From the NCBI GenBank assembly GCA_002269645.1, contig NIVC01000445.1, positions 124,001 to 188,000 of the forward strand: 64,000 bases of DNA, read 5' to 3'. This DNA comes from Macrostomum lignano (taxonomy: Eukaryota). The notes below the pieces were generated by a model. The model did no database searches. It was not told where the DNA came from and worked only from the letters and a program-made list of their open reading frames with translations. How positions within the stretch are numbered: the first letter of the stretch is position 1; every line of letters begins with the position of its first letter. A program made the translations under genes and the position numbers. Of the stretch, positions 59,831 through 64,000 are shown piece by piece.

Positions 59831-62556
59831 TCCCCCACCTAACCCCTCCGCAAAATTTCCCACCTCTAACACATCTTTTTAGCACGCTAAAACTGCTTGT
59901 AAGCCTTCTTGCGACCACGCAACACATACTTGCCGATATGTATCGTAATACTCTTTCTGCACTAACAAATCATCTGTGCCGCACTTTCAGCTTCACTCTT
60001 ACTCTTTAATAAGGTATACAAGGAAAGGAAAATTAAACAATTAATATTAAATTATATTCAAGTGAAAGAGAATTGAAAATACTAATAAATCCGTTCCTGC
60101 TAAAAAAATTAAATATAAAAAAACCTGGCTCACTTGGGATTCGAACCCGGGTACATGCAGTTTACAAAGCAACTGCCTTCGGCCACGATCCATCTCTCGC
60201 TTAAGCAAAGCTCTACAGTGCACGCGCTTTATATCGAATATTCCGTATGTATGGTAGCCACTTATACGATTTTTGCTGCTTTTTCATACATTTCTGCTCG
60301 CTGCATCGCAACGCCTTAACCTAAAAATACGAGTCGCATGTCGTTACAGAGATAACATCAAGGCGCATTCATCCAATGCATTTTCAAACTATGTCAACAA
60401 ATTTTTTCGGCTGCTAGGCGCCAAATTATGAATTTTTACCTGTTCTGACAGGTATTCAAACAGGTATTAAGACCTGTTAACCTAAGAATCAGTTTTCAAA
60501 ACTTATTTAGTTGCATAGTGCATCCATAATGCTGTTTTTAGACACCAAACTTGAGTCTCTAGGTCTCGCCAATGCAGAGTTATTAGCAAAAGTATGCTCA
60601 AAATTTGCCCAAAAATGGCCTACTCAAAATTCGGAGCCAATTTTCTCAAAAATACGAATTTTCCAGCCATATTGGCGTATGACCGGTGAAACTTCAGCTA
60701 TTCGACTAAACAATATTGAAAATGCAGAAAAATCGGTGCGCAAAATTTCTTATTTTTCGACTTCAAAGTTTGTACCCCAAATGGGCCGTTTTTCACTTAA
60801 CAGGTAAAAAGTACCTGTTAACAGGTATTTTTTCCAGAGTGTCTTGCGCTATTCGAACGGGCATCCGATGGGCTACAATTTGACACTACACTCGAAAAAA
60901 TTCGCCCAGTAATAAAAATTTTTCTTTAACAACATATGTTTTTTTGGTCGAGTCCCCCGGCCTCTTTTTTCCCCGGTTTCCGGGTCACTGCTCCGCACCG
61001 GTAGGTCCAAATGCTTAGAAAATTTAGGAAAACGAATTTCCATATGTTTGACACGTTGTGTTAAAGTCTCAACACCGTAGCTTAAAACACTTTCTTATTT
61101 TTGGAGACTACTTTTTGAAAACGTGACCCAAATTTTCAAAAACACTGTTTTTGACCCTTGTAGCCATATAGAGCAGCAATGAATGGCCCAATCAAGCAGA
61201 TCTCAGCATTTCCGAATAAAAGACATCCATTTGAGTGATTTGGGTTGAAAAATTGAAAAAATCAAGATTTGCATCTGTATAGGATAAGCCTCTTTAAAGT
61301 GCACAAACGGTTTGTACTTTTAAAGTGCAGATAGGCAGCCATGTCAAAAGTACATTTTAGCCCAAAAAATTATAGCGCATCTAAAAGCCCCAGGTGTTGT
61401 TGACATTAGGCAGCAGCTCAAAAGCCGCGCTATTGCGCGTCCTTTTCGCTGCAGTACGGGCAAGGTTGAAAAACATGTACAAAAAATTGGCCGAAAAATT
61501 GCATTTTTAAAAATCAGATGCAGTTTGCTCAAAAATACGAATTTTCCAGCCATATTGGCGTATGACCGGTGAAACTTTAGCTATTCGACTAAACAATATT
61601 GAAAATGCAGAAAAATCGGTGCGCAAAATTTCTTATTTTTCGACTTCAAAGTTTGTACCCCCAAATGGGCCGTTTTTCACTTAACAGGTAAAAAGTACCT
61701 GTTAACAGGGGTTTTTTCCAGAGTGTCTTATGTCATTCAAAAGGGCATCCGATGGGCTACAATTTGACACTACACTCGAAAAAATTCGCCCCATTTTAAA
61801 AAAATTTCCTTAACAACGTTTGATTTTCTGCAGAGCCCCCGGCCTCTTTTTTCCCTGGTTTCCGGGTCACTGCTCAGCACAGGTAGGTCCAAATGCTTAG
61901 AAAATTTGGGAAAACAAATTTCCAAATGTTTGACACGTTGTGTTAAAGTCTCAACACCGTAGCATAAAACACTTTCTTATTTTTTGGGACTACTTTTTAA
62001 AAACGTGACCCAATTTTTCGAAAATGTCGTTTTTAGGCACTCTTTGGCACCTGGGCAGGTTATTGATGGCCCAATCGGCCAAATCTCAATGTTTCCGAAT
62101 AGAAGACATCCATTTGAGTAATTTGGTGTAGAAATATTAAAAAAAAAGTTTTCCATCTCGACGCCATAGGCCTCTAAAAAGTGCACTAAAAATTTGTACT
62201 TTTAAAGTGCAGATAGGCAGCCATGTGAAAAGTACATTTTAGCCAAAAAAACTACAGCGCATCAGACAGCCTTAAGTGTTTTTAAGGCTAGGAGGCAGCT
62301 CAAAGGCCGCGCGAAAGCGCGTCCTTTTCGCTGCGGTGAGGCAAAGTTGAAAAAAATGCCAATTTTTCGACCTCAAAAAACACGTTTTTTGTACTTTTAC
62401 CTGTGAAGTGAAAGTACAATCAAAAAATCCATTTCGGATCATTTTAGCGTTCGAATGCCCGCGTCTGCTGAGCCCACTCGCTAAGCGCTGCCATATTCTC
62501 AATCCTTATTTTTTGAGATCAAATTTTTTGAGAATGTCGAAAAAACGCAGTTTTTG

Positions 62557-62592
62557 GTTGCCATGGCAACCAAAACGCGTCGCCATGACAAC
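62557..62592. promoter_or_regulatory. Paired RFX X-box motifs inside Helentron unit 2
   Basis: GTTGCCATGGCAAC (62557-62570) and GTCGCCATGACAAC (62579-62592). Function not shown. Confidence 0.5.
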
Positions 62593-62829
62593 CAAACACT
62601 GCGGATCTGTTAGCCCTAGGTCTTTGACGCATTTTGGCAAAAACCGTTTGTAAATCGGTCGTACCGTTTTTTATGCGCAGCGTTTCAAAGTTGAAAAACG
62701 TCATTTTCCTATGTGACACCGTTACCCAATCTTATCAGGGACGATTTCGCAAAAGTAAGCACCATAGAAAAAAATTCTCGCTTCGCTCGCCTTTTTTTCT
62801 ATGCCACTTACTGGCTCATCGTCCCACAA

Positions 62830-64000
62830 CTAGTGAATGAAGACGCTGTCGTCTTCAAAGGTGGGACGATGGTTTATATATTGTTCGTAACTTTTATGGC
62901 CTAATTTTAAATTTAAAAAAAAACTAAGAAGCTTAGTTGATTATAATTTAATTTAAACAAAGTTTAAGCATAACTATTTAAAAAAATTAATAAAAATACT
63001 TATGATGGTTTATTATGTCCATTATTGTTTATGGCTATGACCTATTTATTTAACCCAAATTAAGAACTAATTAAAACGCTATATCGTGTTTTTATATTTT
63101 ACGGCTATACTGCATTTTCAATTTGATTTAAACAAAGTTTATACATAACTGTGGAAATATAATAATAAAAAATATTTTATTAGATTACAAGAATATCCAC
63201 TCTGCTGTTGTGTAGAAAGGGTTGTTAAGGCGGTTGTTGTTGTTTGTTGGTTGTAAAAGGGGTTGTTGTTGTTGGGGTTTTTGTTGTTGTTGGGGTTGTT
63301 GTTGTTTTTGTTGGGGGTGGTTGTTGTTGGGGGTTTGCGTAACGTGGGGGCTGCCGCCCCCACACCCCCGCTCCCCCACCCCTCCCGCGCGTTGTTGTTG
63401 GGGAGGGTGGTTGTTGTTGGGGGTTTGCGTAACGTGGGGGCTGCCGCCCCCACACCCCCGCTCCCCCACCCCTCCCGCGCGTTGTTGTTGGGGAGGGTGG
63501 TTGTTGTTGGGGGTTTGCGTATTGTGGGGGCTGCCGCCCCCACACCCCCGCTCCCCCACCTAACCCCTCCGCAAATTTTCCACCTCTAACACATCTTTTT
63601 AGCACGCTAAAACTGCTTGTAAGCCTTCTGGCGACCACGCAACACATACTTGCCGATATGTATCGTAATACTCTTTCTGCACTAACAAATCATCTGTGCC
63701 GCACTTTCAGCTTCACTCTTACTCTTTAATAAGGTATACAAGGAAAGGAAAATTAAACAATTAATATTAAATTATATTCAAGTGAAAGAGAATTGAAAAT
63801 ACTAATAAATCCGTTCCTGCTAAAAAAATTAAATATAAAAAAACCTGGCCCACTTGGGATTCGAACCCGTGTTTAGGCCATTTACAAAGCAACTGCCTTC
63901 GGCCCCATCCATCTCTCGCTTAGCGAAGCTCTACAGTGCACGCGCTTTATATCGAATATTCCGTATGTATGGTAGCCACTTATACGATTTTTGCTGCTTT
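62830..64000 (-). mobile_element. Non-autonomous Helentron unit 3 (runs past the window edge)
   Basis: Near-identical to the corresponding part of unit 2, starting at the CTAG/hairpin terminus. Confidence 0.78.

Larger units (their letters stand above)
58766..62829 (-). mobile_element. Non-autonomous Helentron unit 2, head-to-tail with units 1 and 3
   Basis: Same termini; junctions read cccacaa|ctag at 58765/58766 and 62829/62830. Internal ~880-bp direct duplication (60645 vs 61528) and ~86-bp minisatellite. Confidence 0.78.

Noticed and set aside
55095-63647. Pro/Gly/Thr/Gln-rich ORFs and the repeated MLFLDTKLESLG ORFs
   Set aside because: Translations of Helentron-internal repeats and non-coding body. 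No Rep, helicase or endonuclease motifs.

Overview
Eukaryotic (animal) genomic DNA: GC-rich spliced exons, AT-rich introns packed with mini- and microsatellites. The style suggests a free-living flatworm such as Macrostomum, which is inference only. Host genes: SLC17A9 (+, 4 exons, 1697-15485); on the minus strand an intronless SF3B6, a 6-exon RAD54 and a short beta-dystroglycan-like membrane ORF in tandem (candidate trans-spliced operon); an intronless 833-aa disordered ORF (+) with an RVxF motif and a KKKCCC tail; and the 3' exons of a CBARP-like gene (-). The standout is a complete 8.5-kb CMC/EnSpm-type DNA transposon (4502-13007; 12-bp TIRs, AT target duplication, CCGG-rich subterminal arrays) in SLC17A9 intron 2. 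It carries three co-directional genes: a DDE transposase, a BEN-domain protein, and a protein with a captured CtIP/Sae2 C-terminal domain (CxxC...RHR...NFF) that lacks the CDK Thr-Pro site. The last 9.4 kb is a head-to-tail array of ~4.1-kb non-autonomous Helentron units carrying paired RFX X-boxes and a tRNA-like segment. All family assignments come from motif recognition by eye against remembered sequences; no searches were run.
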